Both the position numbers and the translations under genes were made by a program. From Azolla caroliniana (Eukaryota; Plantae; Polypodiophyta), in NCBI GenBank assembly GCA_043228905.1, contig JBHGNT010000006.1:14446001-14510000 (forward strand): a DNA stretch of 64,000 nucleotides, read 5' to 3'. How positions within the stretch are numbered: position 1 is the stretch's first letter; every line of letters begins with the position of its first letter. The notes beneath the pieces were generated by a model. That model searched no databases and had not been told where the DNA came from. It was given only the letters and a program-made list of their open reading frames with translations. Shown piece by piece: positions 35,824-48,795 of the stretch.

Positions 35824-38800
35824 AGGCGCCCTCGTTATTCACACTAAATGTACATGGGTGCGTACACACGCTGCACCCCGCCGATGTAGCCAATGTTTCC
35901 CGGTTTCCGCCTCTGGCCGAAATTCTTCATGACATCCGCCCCCACCTAACCGCACATCCACCGGTATGTGCCAAGTCCGGTTGAAGGGTGAGAGATTTCG
36001 GCCGGTGAGAAACCGGTCTTCCGTGATCCGCATCCCGGTTCGCTGCCGGTTTGATCCGTCGGCTTCGATTCTTCCTTCGCGCTTACCTCCCCGTAGGCTC
36101 GTTCGACCCGTCGATGGTCCTCTGCCGCGATCTCCGTAGTACGTGTACTTCCGCTGGCCCTTGTTCGGCCGTATGAACGCCCCGCTCCCGTCGTATGCCC
36201 TTGTCCTCTCGCCGCCACCTTCCTTCTCCATGGTCTTACATCGCCGCGTCAGCTCGAACCGCCATGGTCTCCGGAACGGTGTGGAGGATCCCTTTTCGGT
36301 CTTCTCCGCGCTCGCCTTCCCGCTCCGGCACCTCTGTGTGCCACATACCCTCGTCCGTTGTTTGGCACTGCCTGCATCGTACTCCGGTTCATTGCACGCC
36401 TTGTCGGCCCTTTTTCGGCCAGATCGTGCATCGCCGCTCCCCGCATACTGGTGTCCTTTGCATCCAAGGAACACCCCGTAGTAGCCCGCATGGCCCTCCC
36501 TGTCTTTGTGCTGCTGCAACAGGTCTTGAGTTCTTCCGTTTGCCGTCGTCCCCTCGCCCCCACCAGCTTGTCATCCCGGCTTGCCGTGTCAGCCTTCGCT
36601 ACTTCGACGGAGCTACCGAGATCTACGAAGCGAGTGTGGAGGATCCTCCTCCGGCCTCTCTTGCCATCCCCTGACTCCGACCCTGTGTAGTCCACTAGGC
36701 ACTTGTCACCTCGTTTGGCCCCGCCCGCGCCAAACACCATCCCATAGTCACGCTTCGATCCGGCCTGTGATGGCCACTTGCGAGACCCTTGTTCTGTCCC
36801 AGGTGTGCCTTTCCGGCCTAACACACCTCCCCGTGTTTGCCCCTACTGGCTCCTTCTGAAACCTCGTGTCGTCGGGTCCCGTTCCCTGCCGCCACCGTCC
36901 TTCTCCATCGGTCTTACGTTGCCGCGTTGGCCGATCAGCCGAGGTCTCCGGATCGGTGTGAGGGTCCCATAGGACCGGACTCCGTTTCTATGCTTGCCGT
37001 AATTCGGGTGTCTTTTGTTTGAGTCCCTCCCGGACTCTCCTCATGTCTTCCGCGTAGTCGGGTCCCGTTTCCCGCCGCCACAAACCTTCTCTCTCGGTCT
37101 CATGTTGCCACGTTGGCCGAACTGTCGGAGTCTCTGGTTAAGTGTGGGGATCCCGTAGGACCGGACTTCCTTCCGCCCTTGCCTTCGTCACCTCGCCACC
37201 ACCGTCAGTATCTTGGTCTTATGTCGACTGCGTTGCCGACTGCCGAAGTCTCTAGAACTGGTGTGAAGGATCCTCCGTAGGCCGCCCATCCTTAGCCCCT
37301 TTTGCCTTCGTCACCTCACCGCCACTGTCAGTATCTTGGTCTTACGTCGACCGCGTTGCTGACTGCCGAAGTCTCTAGAACCGGTGTGAAGGATCCTCCG
37401 TGGGCCGCCGATTTGTCTTCCCGACCCTGTCCCGGGTCGTCCTTTTCCGCATGCCGAGAGGGCGTTTTGTTCCGCACCCTCTCCCGTGGTACCGACGTAC
37501 CGTCTCCTCGGCCTCTTCGTAGGCCAGCTCTCTTCCTCCCTCCCAGAATGGTCATCCGGGAGTCCGCTCCGCCTGGTTCTCGTCCGGGTCTGTTCGTCCT
37601 TCTCCGGATTGTCGGGTCCCGTTCTCCTGTTGCCACTGTCCTCTCGTATAGGACTTACGCCGGCATTCGGGCCAACAGCCGAATCGGTGTAAGGAACTCC
37701 TTAGGACCGGCTTTCATTGTCCTTCCATCTCTCGACCTTCGCCCGGTCGGTCTTTCTCCCCATGTAAAAGAGGGCGGCTCGTCCCGCACCCTCTCCCGTA
37801 TCGGCACCTTTATGCCGAATCCGGCCTCGATCAAACGATCCACGACCGGATTCTGCTCCATCCGAATCGGAATGCCGATCTTCTCATGCCGCTTCCTTCC
37901 TCGGCCTCCTCGCAGGTCATTTCCCATCCGTCTTCGCTGGCATCGTGCCAGGACTCCTCGGTACCGCCATCCATCTCCTCGGTCTTATATGGGCATACGG
38001 GCCCGAATGCCGAGTTCTCCGGAATCGGGTCCGTGGGCTTTCGTCCGTTCCTTCCCCGTATCGTCTTGCCGGTGATTCTTGGCCTTTCGCCGCCGCCTTC
38101 CTCCGCTTGGGACTCACGTGGGCACTCGGGCCCGACTGCCATCGTCTCGGGAGCAAGTGTGGGAAGACACAAAGAATCGCCCGTCCGTTTTACGCCCTTG
38201 TCCATAGCCACCGACTCTTCGTGGTCGGCGGTCGTCTTCTTACCGATCGCGCAAGCCCCGTCTGGGCTTGCTTCTCCAATGACCGGGATCTCGGGCTGAC
38301 ACGCCCGAAACCGCTGGTCCCAACGTTCCGGAAACTCGTCGCAGACTCCATCTCCGAATTCACCATATTCCAATCGGATTAGGTAATCAGCCACCGCATG
38401 TTGCACTCGGGGTCGATGGAATATGTCAAACTCGAACTCCTTCAATAGTATGGTTCACCTAGCTAGCTTCCCAGTGAGTGACGCTTTCGAGACTAGGTAA
38501 ATCAACTCGGAGTGGTCAACATGAAATGAAAATTTCCGGCCTAACAAATAGTGTCGGTACTTTGTGACACTGTACACCATTCGCAAAGCTTTTGTTTCTG
38601 TTGTTGAATAGTTCCGCTCAGATTGGGAAAGCTTCTGGCTCGCATAATGCACTGGCCGGTACCACTTTGGCTCCGTAAGTTGCATTAGGACACTTCTGAT
38701 GACCACGTCCGATGCGTCTACAAATACGTGGAAATCCTTGGACCAATCGGGTGGTTGTACCATTGGCGCCTATGAGAGCATGACTTTGAGGACCTGATAT

Positions 38801-41800
38801 GGTTTATGCTCAAGCTCCGTCCACTAGAATGGTAATTTGTGCACTGCTGCATGGAATGGAGTGGCGAAATCCGCTAAGTACCGGAGCATCTAGCTGTACC
38901 ACCGGATCTGGCCCAAGCAACGGCTGAAGGCTTTCGCATTTGTTGGTGGCGGTGCTTGCAGTATTGCTTTTACCTTATTTGGATCCACCGCGATTCCTTC
39001 CTTGCTTACTATGTGTCCGAGCAACGCTTCACTCGTTACCCCTAGTACACACTTCGCCGAATTCAAACTCAATCGGAATCCCCGACACTTTTCGAGACAC
39101 ATGCGGAGATGGTTTAAGTGGTTCTCCTTCCGGCTATAAATGGCAAAAGTGTCGAGAAAGACCTGCATAAAGGCAGGAATGTATTCGCCGAAAATTTCCA
39201 TTATAATCCTCTAAAATGTTGCAAGTGCCGTTTTTAGCCCAAACATCATGGCGACCGCAACAAATACTCCCCATTCCGTTATGAAAGTCGTCTTTTCCAT
39301 GTCATCCAGATGAATCCGGATTTGATTATACCCATTGAATCCGTCCAAGAAACTTTATTCCTCATGTCTTGGTACCGCATCCAATACACCATCCGTAAAT
39401 GGTAGCGGAAAGGCATCTGTCACCGTGGCCGCGTTGGGTTTTTGGTAATCGACACAAATCCAGATTTTCCCATTGTTTTTGGGACCATGATTATTAGACT
39501 CAACCACGTGGCCTGCTTTACTGGCCTGATAAAACCCACTCTGAGCAATTTGTCGATTTCTTCTTTTACCTTCATCGCATAGGTCGGGTTCATCGGGTAC
39601 TGTATCTGTGCTACCGATTAGCATCCATGCTGAGGTGTATATGATGCTGGTACAACTTTGGATGAAGACCCCACATATCCTCATATGACCAAGTGAAAAG
39701 TTCCTTGAATTCTTTCAATAATTCTATCATGGCCGTTTTTTCTACGGGTGGCATTTCCTTGGTTCTATGTACCGTACCGGTCGGGTGCCTCGCTTGTCCC
39801 AAGGTTGACCTCTTCCAATGTTGATGCCTTCACGCATTACGATACGACCATTTCTCGTTCCAATGCTTTTTGAACCTCCCGATCCGGCTCGTTGAATTCC
39901 TCATCCCGGTATGTAACATATGGCGTGAGGGCTTCGACTATGTCCACCTCAAAAAGAGGCACTATCTTGGGGTGTTCTTATAAAATTGCTCTATTTCCTC
40001 ATCCACCAATCTGTTCAACATATTGATACTTTCGACATATAATGGTGTTATCTATTTACTTGTGTTGGCACGTTCTTGTGTTGGCACCCGGAGTTTGGTT
40101 TTCCCTTGTCGAAAAGTGATCACGTTCCTCTGCCAATTCTACTCAATGTGCGTTTTCTTCAACCATGGTCTTCCTAATAATAGGCGGTATGCTCCCGATG
40201 CGTTCAATTCCAATACTATTGCTGAAATCCGGAATGCATGTCCTCCGATCGTGATATCGAGGTTCCTCATTAGTTTGGTTGGCCGGACCGAACTCGTTCT
40301 GCCATTTGTAACTAGAATGGGTATGGTTCTCATTCTCGGATGCCCAACGTATCGCAAGTCCGTCAGCTGATTAGATTCACGCAAGATCCTCCATCGATAA
40401 TCATTCTGGGCACCTCGTTGTCCTTCATGATGACCATCACTGCCGAACTATTTGTGTCTACCACGACCGCTCCTTCCTCTGGATTTGAGAAAAATGTGGG
40501 TGTTGCCAGATTTTGTGGTGACAATGTTGTTTCTAACCCTTCCGTAAATTTGGGAACGAACTGCAAGAGCCGACCAAATGGTAGCATAATCTGACATTGC
40601 TATAAGGCTTGCCACGATGGGTCGTTGTCGGTGCCTCCAGTTGTCTCTTCCGATAGCTTGGCCTGGTCCGTGATTTCATCTACGTTCCTTTGATTCGCTT
40701 GTTGATTCCATTCCATGGCTTGCTTTGGGATCACTTGTTGAGTCTCCTATTCTGTAGCCTTCCCTTTCAACTGACTCGTGACTTGTTGAACGCCCACGAC
40801 CTCGACAGTCACCATATTGATTGCCGGTTGTTTCTCGTTGGTCTTAACCGGGCACTAGTCTCACCATGTAGTTTCCGTTTTGGTTCTGATCCAGTTCGAG
40901 AACCTAGTCAATGACTTCATCAATGGTGTTCGTTCGGAAATCTAGCACTGCTAGCATCGTTTGGAGTGGCTCCCGTAGTGCGGCCAAAAAGAATGCATTT
41001 GCTTCGTCCTCTAGGGGTGCCCTTGTGAGTTGATTGTGCAATGTCTGGCACCGGATTATAAATTCTGGGACGGTTTCATTGGGTTCCTGGTATGTCGTAT
41101 AGAACTGTTTGATGAGTTCCCTCTATGCCACCTATCGGTGAAACAGTCTTAGAAACTTTTCCCGAAGGGCTTGAAACATGGCGAAGCTTCCCGAAAGATG
41201 CTTTGCGTGCCACCGTGCCGCAAGTCCTTCTAGTGACATGTTGAATTCCATGTTTTTCAACCGCTCAACTTCCTCTTCCCTTAATCGTTGCGAAACATGG
41301 TTTTCTTCCCATGTCTGCAAAAAGGCATGAACCGCATCTGGTTCATCCCAATATTTGGGGTATGGGTACGACATAGTGTCATTGTTTGTGGCCCGTTCTA
41401 GTTTCGGAAAAGGTTCATGTATTGGTGGTGTCGGTGGGCGGTCGTTTTCCTCCTTCGGTTGTCATTCTGGATTCACCTGTGTCGGTGGTGTGTGTATCAT
41501 AGTTTCTGACTCTGGTGTTAGCGTGTGTTCGGATCTGTCTTCCTTCCGCTCATCTGGAGTGTCATGACTGGATCGGTAATTGGAGTGGACGCTCTGTTCG
41601 CTGTTGGACTCCGACTCGAATGCTAAGAACGTTTGTGATTCTCCGGCGCTTGTTGCTAGCGTTTGATTGTCGTTGGTTTTGTAACTAGACTGTTACCTCC
41701 GCGACCCGCTGGAGCACTCTGGGAAAAGATCGATCCTATCGTATATGTTCCATCGCCTGCTGGGTACTCTTCCCGCCTTCGCAATAGTTCGGCTAATCTT

Positions 41801-42452
41801 CTCGCTCGCTCAACCATTGGGTCGTTCTTTTGCCTAGACATCCATTCCCCGTTGTTTACTACTCTATGCAAGAATCGTGGTCGCCAAAACTGTGTTAATC
41901 TTGGGCTAGACTTAGCCACAAACACAGGGTGTCCATACCGGAACACTTCTCCAAAGGGGTGGTTCAGATATGGATGTTATCCGGTGTTTGTCTGATTCCA
42001 ATCCAACTATTTCCAGATAACTTCTAAATTACTGAAAATGCAACCAATTGCTTCTAACACGCGAAAGATTAATAGTAAAGCATAGAATGGTAAATACACA
42101 AGGGACAATAGAATTAAGAACCAAAACACATTAATCTCTTATTACTTATGTTAATCGTTTACATCGATTCCGTGTCGTTTTATAGGCATCCGGTAGGGAT
42201 TACAAAACGGTGCCTTACCGGCTACCGACTATCAATCGGTGCGGATCTAGATCTGTAAAACTATATAGATCCATCTGTTTCTATAATATTAACTAATAAT
42301 TATGCTACTACTTATATTATTATACTCCGACTCGTCCCCGTCCACATTACTCGTCATGAACATACTCTCAGCCGACAATATCTTCACAAAACCCCTAGCC
42401 CTAGGCAAGATTCGGCAATTCTCAAGAGTGCTTGGTTTGTAGCACCTCGACA
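35779..42452 (-). mobile_element. Non-chromoviral Ty3/gypsy (Athila/Tat-like): 5' LTR ~41891-42452, PBS, gag, PR, RT, RH; integrase deleted; GC-rich 3' extra region
   Basis: PBS TGGCGACCACG (41886-41876, tRNA-Arg-like); YPYPKY..AARW gag; IIDGGS protease; ICVDY..DAFPLPF RT; FVDASD..HVDH..HAVADYL RNase H ending ~38327. Confidence 0.85.
36205..37715. repeat. Degenerate ~110-125-bp repeat units in the gypsy 3' extra region
   Basis: Recurrent GCC(G/A)CCAC..GGTCTTA..GGTGTG(G/A)AGGATCC blocks near 36210, 36600, 36870, 37055, 37178, 37301, 37610; 37178/37301 are a close 123-bp tandem pair. Confidence 0.75.
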
Positions 42453-42990
42453 TGTTGACCTTGAGGGGGAGAAGGAGTGGAAGGGAAGAAGAAGAAGAAA
42501 TTTGGAAATCCAAATCGGATGAAGAATTCGACTTCGGGACGACTGATGAAGCCGAGGACATATATGGGGAGATCGACCAAAGTAATGAGCCTAAACCGAA
42601 AGCGACCGAACAAAGGGGAGGTAAAGCCAAGAAGGGTGGGAAGGTTAGGACCTAGACATGGTCTGATATGGTTAAGGGCCTTGAAGAAGTCGAATAAGAG
42701 ACAATTGATTCGGAAGAAAAGAGTTCTCCAAATGAGATGGATCTTGTGAAGGCCAAACGAACGAGAAGGCAACCGAAGTCGACACCAACACGGAGGATCC
42801 GATGGATCAAGAAGTGCCGATGTAACAACAGTAAAGGAGCTGAGATGGGAATGATGAGAAGACAAGCCGACTGAGAGAGTCGAGGTGCGCAGAACCGGAC
42901 GGGCCGTGAAAAGCGGGACTAGATGGGTCAATGAGAGCGAGTGATGGGAGGTTTGCCCATTCTGGATTCGTATGACTGACACAACCTCCG
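42453..42990 (+). mobile_element. 3' tail of a copia related to family A
   Basis: CTTGAGGGGGAGAA as at 56064; GACCTAGACATGGTCT and GGAGCTGAGATGGG..AGACAAGCCGACTGAGA shared with 61420-61610. Confidence 0.7.
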
Positions 42991-43004
42991 TCTGAACTCT
43001 ATGG

Positions 43005-43330
43005 CTAATATGGAAAGCTGGAGATCATCATTGGTGGGTATGTGTTTGAGATTTCGGCAGTCGTGTTACAGTTGCACGCACCGGGGGCGTATCCCCTCCT
43101 CTTAGGATGACCATGGTTGTAGACAACTAACACAAAACAAAATTGGTTGCACAATATGATAAGCTTCCGAAGAGGGTGTACCAAGATCGAAGTGTCAACC
43201 CAAGAATGCACCACGACAAAGAAAGAGATCACACCATTGTATGCGGAAGGGATTCATATGCTTGAAGCATTGACCGATGAGGAGGTCTACCAATAACTGG
43301 AAGAGAACCCAAAACTAGTTCCTCTCTTTG
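43005..43330 (+). mobile_element. Gypsy protease-region fragment homologous to 39960-40270 (inverted orientation)
   Basis: IGGYVFEISAVVLQL.APGAYPLLLG.PWL matches IGGHAFRISAIVLELNASGAYRLLLGRPWL. Confidence 0.75.
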
Positions 43331-43474
43331 ACATTGACGTAATCACGGTAATCAACCCTTATATGGTTGGGAAGAGTACCGAGGTAGAAGAAGAACTATG
43401 GGAGCTAGACCTAGAAGCCGTGACAAAATTACACTAGGTATCTTAGCGCATGAAGGCGTCAACATTAGAGGACA

Positions 43475-46400
43475 TGTTGGGAAATAGGTCCCTCCAAATG
43501 GGATCCAGATGAGTTGGATTGGACGAGATGAAGGAAATGGACCAGATGGATCCGGAAGGTATCCGAATACCAGATCGGATGGATCCAAAAGGAGTCTGAC
43601 TGGATTCGGTATGAACCTACGAATAGGAATATATTAGTAAATATGTTCAAACGTGACCATTGAGGTCATATTTGTAAATAGCTTGAACAACAAGTTTAAT
43701 GAAGAGAACAAGGCAAATGATCTCTAGGAGAAGATTGGCACGATGTTGGAAAACAAGAACGTTGTAAATCTAGCCTCGGTATTCCAGAAGATAGTGAGGC
43801 TCCGGTATCAAGACGAAGAAGCTCCGGTAAATCTAATCAAGTTTGGTAAACGAAGAAGCTCGCTGGAAGGACCGGGAGTCTGGAACCGATCCGAAGGCAT
43901 TGGTTACAGAAGACGACCATAACTGGGGAAGAAGCAGGAATCGAAGTCCCTAGAACCGGGACAAATCGGGGACGAGGTCGAAGTCAAGGGGGAGGCCCAC
44001 TTGCTTTTATTGTGGAAAGCTGGGGCACTTTCAGAAGAATTTCTGACACTTCCGGAAAGCCAAAGGGGGAACGGATGGTCCGGAATCGAAGAAGATTTCG
44101 GAGAGAAGAGGAACGCGCAATTGCAACAAGTGCGGAGGAACTATTGCTAATCACCAAGGAGAGTGAGTTGTATCTTTTTAGTGAAGAAACGACACGGGTG
44201 GTCGACTCCGGAGTGTCGTTCCACCTGACCCCCAACCGGAAGTGCTTCTCATCCTACAGAGCTGGAGTCCACGGTTGTGTCCGGATGGAAAATGAATGTG
44301 CATGCCGAATTGTCAGCATAGGAGATGTGTGGTTGACGACGTCAACCAGGTGCAGATTGCTGTTGAAGGATGTCTGACACGTTCAGGAGGTTCCATTGAA
44401 CTTGATATCAGCCGGTTGGCTAGATGACGAAGGCTACACGGAACGGAGTCATGAAGTTCAACAAAGGAAGAATGATCATGGCCCGAGCCCAAAAGATCAA
44501 CACACTATACCTGATGCATGCCCAGATATGCTGGGAAGAAGTGAACATGGTATCTAACATTGCCGGTGAGTTGTGGCACAAGAGGTTGTGGCACATGAGC
44601 TAGAATGGGAATGCGGAGACTTGCTGAAGATAACCTCATTCCAAAGGTGAAAGATGTGCATGTGGAGAGATGAGACGGAATTCACCAATGGAACTTGTGC
44701 ATACCAATGTATGCTAAGTGAACACGAAGTCACATGCCAGACGTGTCTTACCGGCATTTGAAGTTGTTCGGTTGTCTCGCCTACGTACATGTAGCAAAGG
44801 ACAAGAGAGCAAAATTAGATCTAAAGTCCCGGCCATGCTATTCCTTGGATATGGTGATGATGAGTTTGGCTATCGAGTATGGGACTTGGCCGACAAGAAA
44901 ATTTTCCGGAGTCGAGATATAGTCTTCATGGAAGACAAGACCATTACCAACTGAGAGTCAGAGAAGAAGATAGTGGACTCCGGGTCGACTGATAGAGATC
45001 GGTCGGAAGATACAAGGACCCATCTGGCCGGAAGCCGGATGACACTCGAAGAACAGGCCGGATTCGGACAAGAAACTGAATCGACTGAAGAAGAAGAATT
45101 GGACACCAGATTCGGATGAAGAACAGTCGAAACAACTGGTGGTCAAAAACCAAGGACTGAGATACCCTCTAAGAGAGAGAAGCCCCCCCCCCCTTAGAGA
45201 TTTCTGGATGTAGAGCACGTCTTATTGACCGATGAGGGGGAGCCGGAAAGCTTCGAAGAAGCTACGAAAGACACCCACAATCGCAAGTGGTTAAGTACCA
45301 TGCAGGATGAGATGGATTCCCTGCATGAGAACCAAACATATGAGTTCACGGAGTTGCGGAAAGGAAAGAGAGTGCTCCGGAACAAGTGGGTGTACAAGCT
45401 GAAACCGGGAGACGCCGGAAATCCACCAAGATACAAAGCCCGCATTCTGGTGAAGGGCTTCCAATAGAAGAAAGGAGTGGATTTCAATGAGATATTTGCC
45501 CCGGTAGTAAAGATGACATCCATCCGGACGGTGTTGAGCATTTCGGCAAGCATTGACCTCGAGGTAGAGCAACTACATGTCAAAACGGAATTCCTACATG
45601 GTGACCTCGAAGAAGAGATCTACATGCAACAGTCGGAGGGATTTGTTAAGAAAGGGAAGGAGCATTAGGTGTGATGGTTGAAGAAGATCTTATACGAACT
45701 AAAGCAAGCTCCCCGGCAATGGTACCGGAAGTTCGACTCCTTCATGACCAACCAAGGATACCACAAGACGTAGGCAGACCAGTGCATTTTTCGTGAAGAA
45801 GTTCGACGGAGGCAACTTCTTGATACTCTTATGTTGATGATATGCTAATCGTCGGACCAGACCGAATCAAAATCAGGAACCTGAAGAAGGTCTTGAACTT
45901 GACCTTCTCAATGAAAGATTTGGGTCCAACAAGACAGATATTGGGGATCCACATAGTTTGGGACCGGACGAAGAAGCTATTGTGGCTGTCACAAGAGAAG
46001 TACATAAAGAAGGTGCTCCAATGATTTAGCATGTACGGTCAATACTTCCGGAAAATCGAGAAAGGAAGAAGAGGCCCACGCGTCACGTACACACAAACAC
46101 CATGAACAGACAAAGACGAGTAGGAAGGAGGTGGTCATAGGTTTCGAACTCAATGCAGTACGAGAAATAGCAACACAAGAATGACACAGTAGAAAACAAT
46201 GTAAAGCAACGGAATAGATTATCGATAGTCATTAGGATGCACGCGTGAAGCATAGGGAATACAACCGGTCAGAGCTTAGAATAGAGCTTTGAGCTCTAGA
46301 GCAAACACCCGAAGAAGGGGACCTTTGGTCGGGAGAGCACATGTGTCTAACGCAAGCCGAGGGTTCCTTCCAGGGTTTGGTCATAGAGGTTCGGAAGAGA

Positions 46401-47064
46401 ACGAGAGAGCGACATAGAGAGAGTGAGCTCCTCCTTCCTGTTCGACAACGTCTTCTCCTCCTCAAAACCCTCTTTTCTTTTTCAAAAATTCTGAGGCCGC
46501 CCCTTTTATCACCCAAGGAGCAGCCGTTACATCAGGTTCAATGACCTCCCGATATCCCCTCCTAGATTCCCTTCTTGATGTGCTCTCACTATCTCCCGTT
46601 TGTTCTCCCCCTCCTACGCGATATTAAATCCTCTATTAATGCCTAACTTCCTAGTAGTCCACAAAACTTATCGACACCTAATATTTACATAAATTAGTAC
46701 AAAAAGGGGGTGCACTTGCGCACACCCGCATTCCCACGCATTTGGCGACTTTTCCCCCTATGGCCTAGAATCTTCATGACACCGTAGTGAAGGGGGGGTT
46801 TGTTGGGAAACAGGTCCCTCCGAATGGGATCTAGATGAGAACTGGACGAGTTGGATTGGACGAGACGAAGGAACCAGACCAGATGGATCCAGAAGGTATC
46901 CGGATACCGGATCAGAAGGAGTCCGGTCGGATCTGGTATCAACCAACAAATAGGAATATATTAGTAAATATGTTTAGATGTGACCATTGAGATCATATTT
47001 GTAAATAGCTCCAAAGTTTTATAATTATAAATATGTTGTAGAGTTGTTACCATTATTATTGTAC

Positions 47065-47100
<36 letters not shown>

Positions 47101-47570
47101 TGTGTGTGTTACGGGCATGACCATATAATATCTTGTGGTGAGAATTTACCGTAGTATTCTATACACATGGATAAGTGTGAGGGTTAAACGAGAGTGTAAA
47201 GAAGGGGAGGATTACTTTTAATCCTCGGGATTGAGACAACCCATAAGGCCAAGTGTGAACTGTCCTAGGGGCCTTGCGTATCGCTATAAATATGAGGCCT
47301 AGCTACCCTCATTTCATGATCCTTTCACTACGTCGAGACTCTGTTCTTGTGGTAGGTCAACTCTTGTAGCGAGCGTGCCAGCACCAGGTATGACTCGACA
47401 CCATGGCGGTGGTATGGGATGCCGATCGAGGCTTGAATCCGTCTCGATCCCTTTGCTCGAGGGTGGTCGGGTGGATCGACACCCTTCTTTCTCTCTCTCA
47501 TTTCTATCTATCTATCTATCATTCTTTTATCCTTATCATATGCTTACATTATGGCATATCTCTAGTAGTA
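43475..47570 (+). mobile_element. Multiply deleted Ty1/copia: partial 5' LTR 43475-43683, gag/PR/IN/RT fragments, PPT, LTR 46801-~47570
   Basis: TGTTGGGAAA(T/C)AGGTCCCTCC at 43475 and 46801; CFYCGKLGHF, VVDSGVSFH, FGCLAYVHV, NKWVYKLK..YKARI, YVDDMLI; GAAGGGGGGG PPT at 46789-46798. Confidence 0.85.
46032..46740 (-). repeat. Unrelated LTR-like insert inside the copia
   Basis: Non-coding segment replacing the RT end and RNase H; TG..CA limits; GATAAAAGGG TATA-like on the minus strand at ~46501-46510; no TSD found. Confidence 0.35.
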
Positions 47571-47813
47571 GGTATCAGAGCTCATGTTCTAATGTTTCTT
47601 TTGTTGTCTTTGGTATTCTTGATTGATGGTGATCAATCGATTTGCGGTCGGCCTTGATCCAGACAATGATCAACAAAGAACTTCGGTAACTCTTTCCTTA
47701 TTTTTTTTCTATTTTTTCTTTTCCCATCAAATCATGTATATAGTCTATATGTAATTTTTCTCATTAATTCAATGATGTTGTAGTGGTAATTAATTGGTTG
47801 TATAAAACGTTTA

Positions 47814-48080
47814 CATATGTGTATGAGGTCAATACCTCATTTGACATATATTGAATATGTGATTAATGTCATATGTGCATGAGGTTAATACTTCAATTGC
47901 GTATTACGCTCATATACATATGTTACATGTTACGTATGCGTATGAGGTCAATACCTCGATTTCATTGTAAATGATAAGCGTTTAGTCTCATATGCGTAAG
48001 AGGTTAATACCTCAATTGCGTATCACGATAAACCCTTATTTTTGGATGTTTCGTGTGCATAGAGGGTATATGCCTCGATT
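47814..48080. repeat. Array of five hairpin-containing repeats
   Basis: C(A/G)TATG(T/C)G(T/C)ATGAGGT(C/T)AATACCTC with GAGG cores at 47825, 47881, 47944, 48000, 48062. Confidence 0.8.
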
Positions 48081-48724
48081 ACATCATTTTTGGCTATTTG
48101 ATGTAACGATTTGTTTAATGTATGCATATGTGATCACGTGTATACATATTTGATCGTATATATGTGATAAGTAAACATATGTGTATATTTGATATTACGT
48201 GATTTCTATCGAATGTTGTCCTTGTCAGGAAAAGGATCTTGGTGGTTGTCCTCACTTTTTTTGAGAATGGCGTTTTCACCATCCCTTTTTCAACAATTTT
48301 TTGTTGACATCCCCGTTGGTCACTTCGATATTTCGTTACGTAATGAAACAATCATAGCCACAATGGTGTTGAGTACGTAGGGCTTAACCCACTTCATGTG
48401 AGGTCGCTCCTATGACACACATATCCAACATCCCTCCCTCATTACATGGATACGATGGCACCATGAGATCATACTTACAAAAGACATTCTTAATGACGTA
48501 ACCATGTGAGGGGCCATGTGGGCCTGCTACAAAAAGAGGGCTCATTTGGCTTGACCATTAGGTTGCACTTTGGCGTATGGCATCGTAATTACGAGACTTG
48601 AGGTTATGTAACGTACCAACAAAGTTTGTGGTAAACGAGGGGGAAATAAGGACTCTTGACATATATGTTTGTTATAAAAATATATATATGGGCAAATGCC
48701 TTACATATCTCTTATACGCATAAT

Positions 48725-48795
48725 TGGTTAGCTCAAGTGTTTATTGCATTTGTTCTGGAGGTCTCGAGTTCAAATATAACCAAGACCATACAACA
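48725..48795 (+). other. Degenerate tRNA/SINE-like segment
   Basis: TAGCTCAAGTG (A box-like) ... GGAGGTCTCGAGTTCAAAT (B box-like). Confidence 0.35.

Noticed and set aside
47814-48080. CRISPR array
   Set aside because: Eukaryotic TE context, no cas genes, degenerate repeats and a dimeric periodicity indicating tandem duplication; kept only as a hairpin-repeat finding.
48100-48720. TRIM-like mini element (PPT-like GAGGGAGGGA then TGTTGG on the minus strand at 48440-48425)
   Set aside because: No second LTR copy or PBS found; only an isolated PPT/LTR-start signal.
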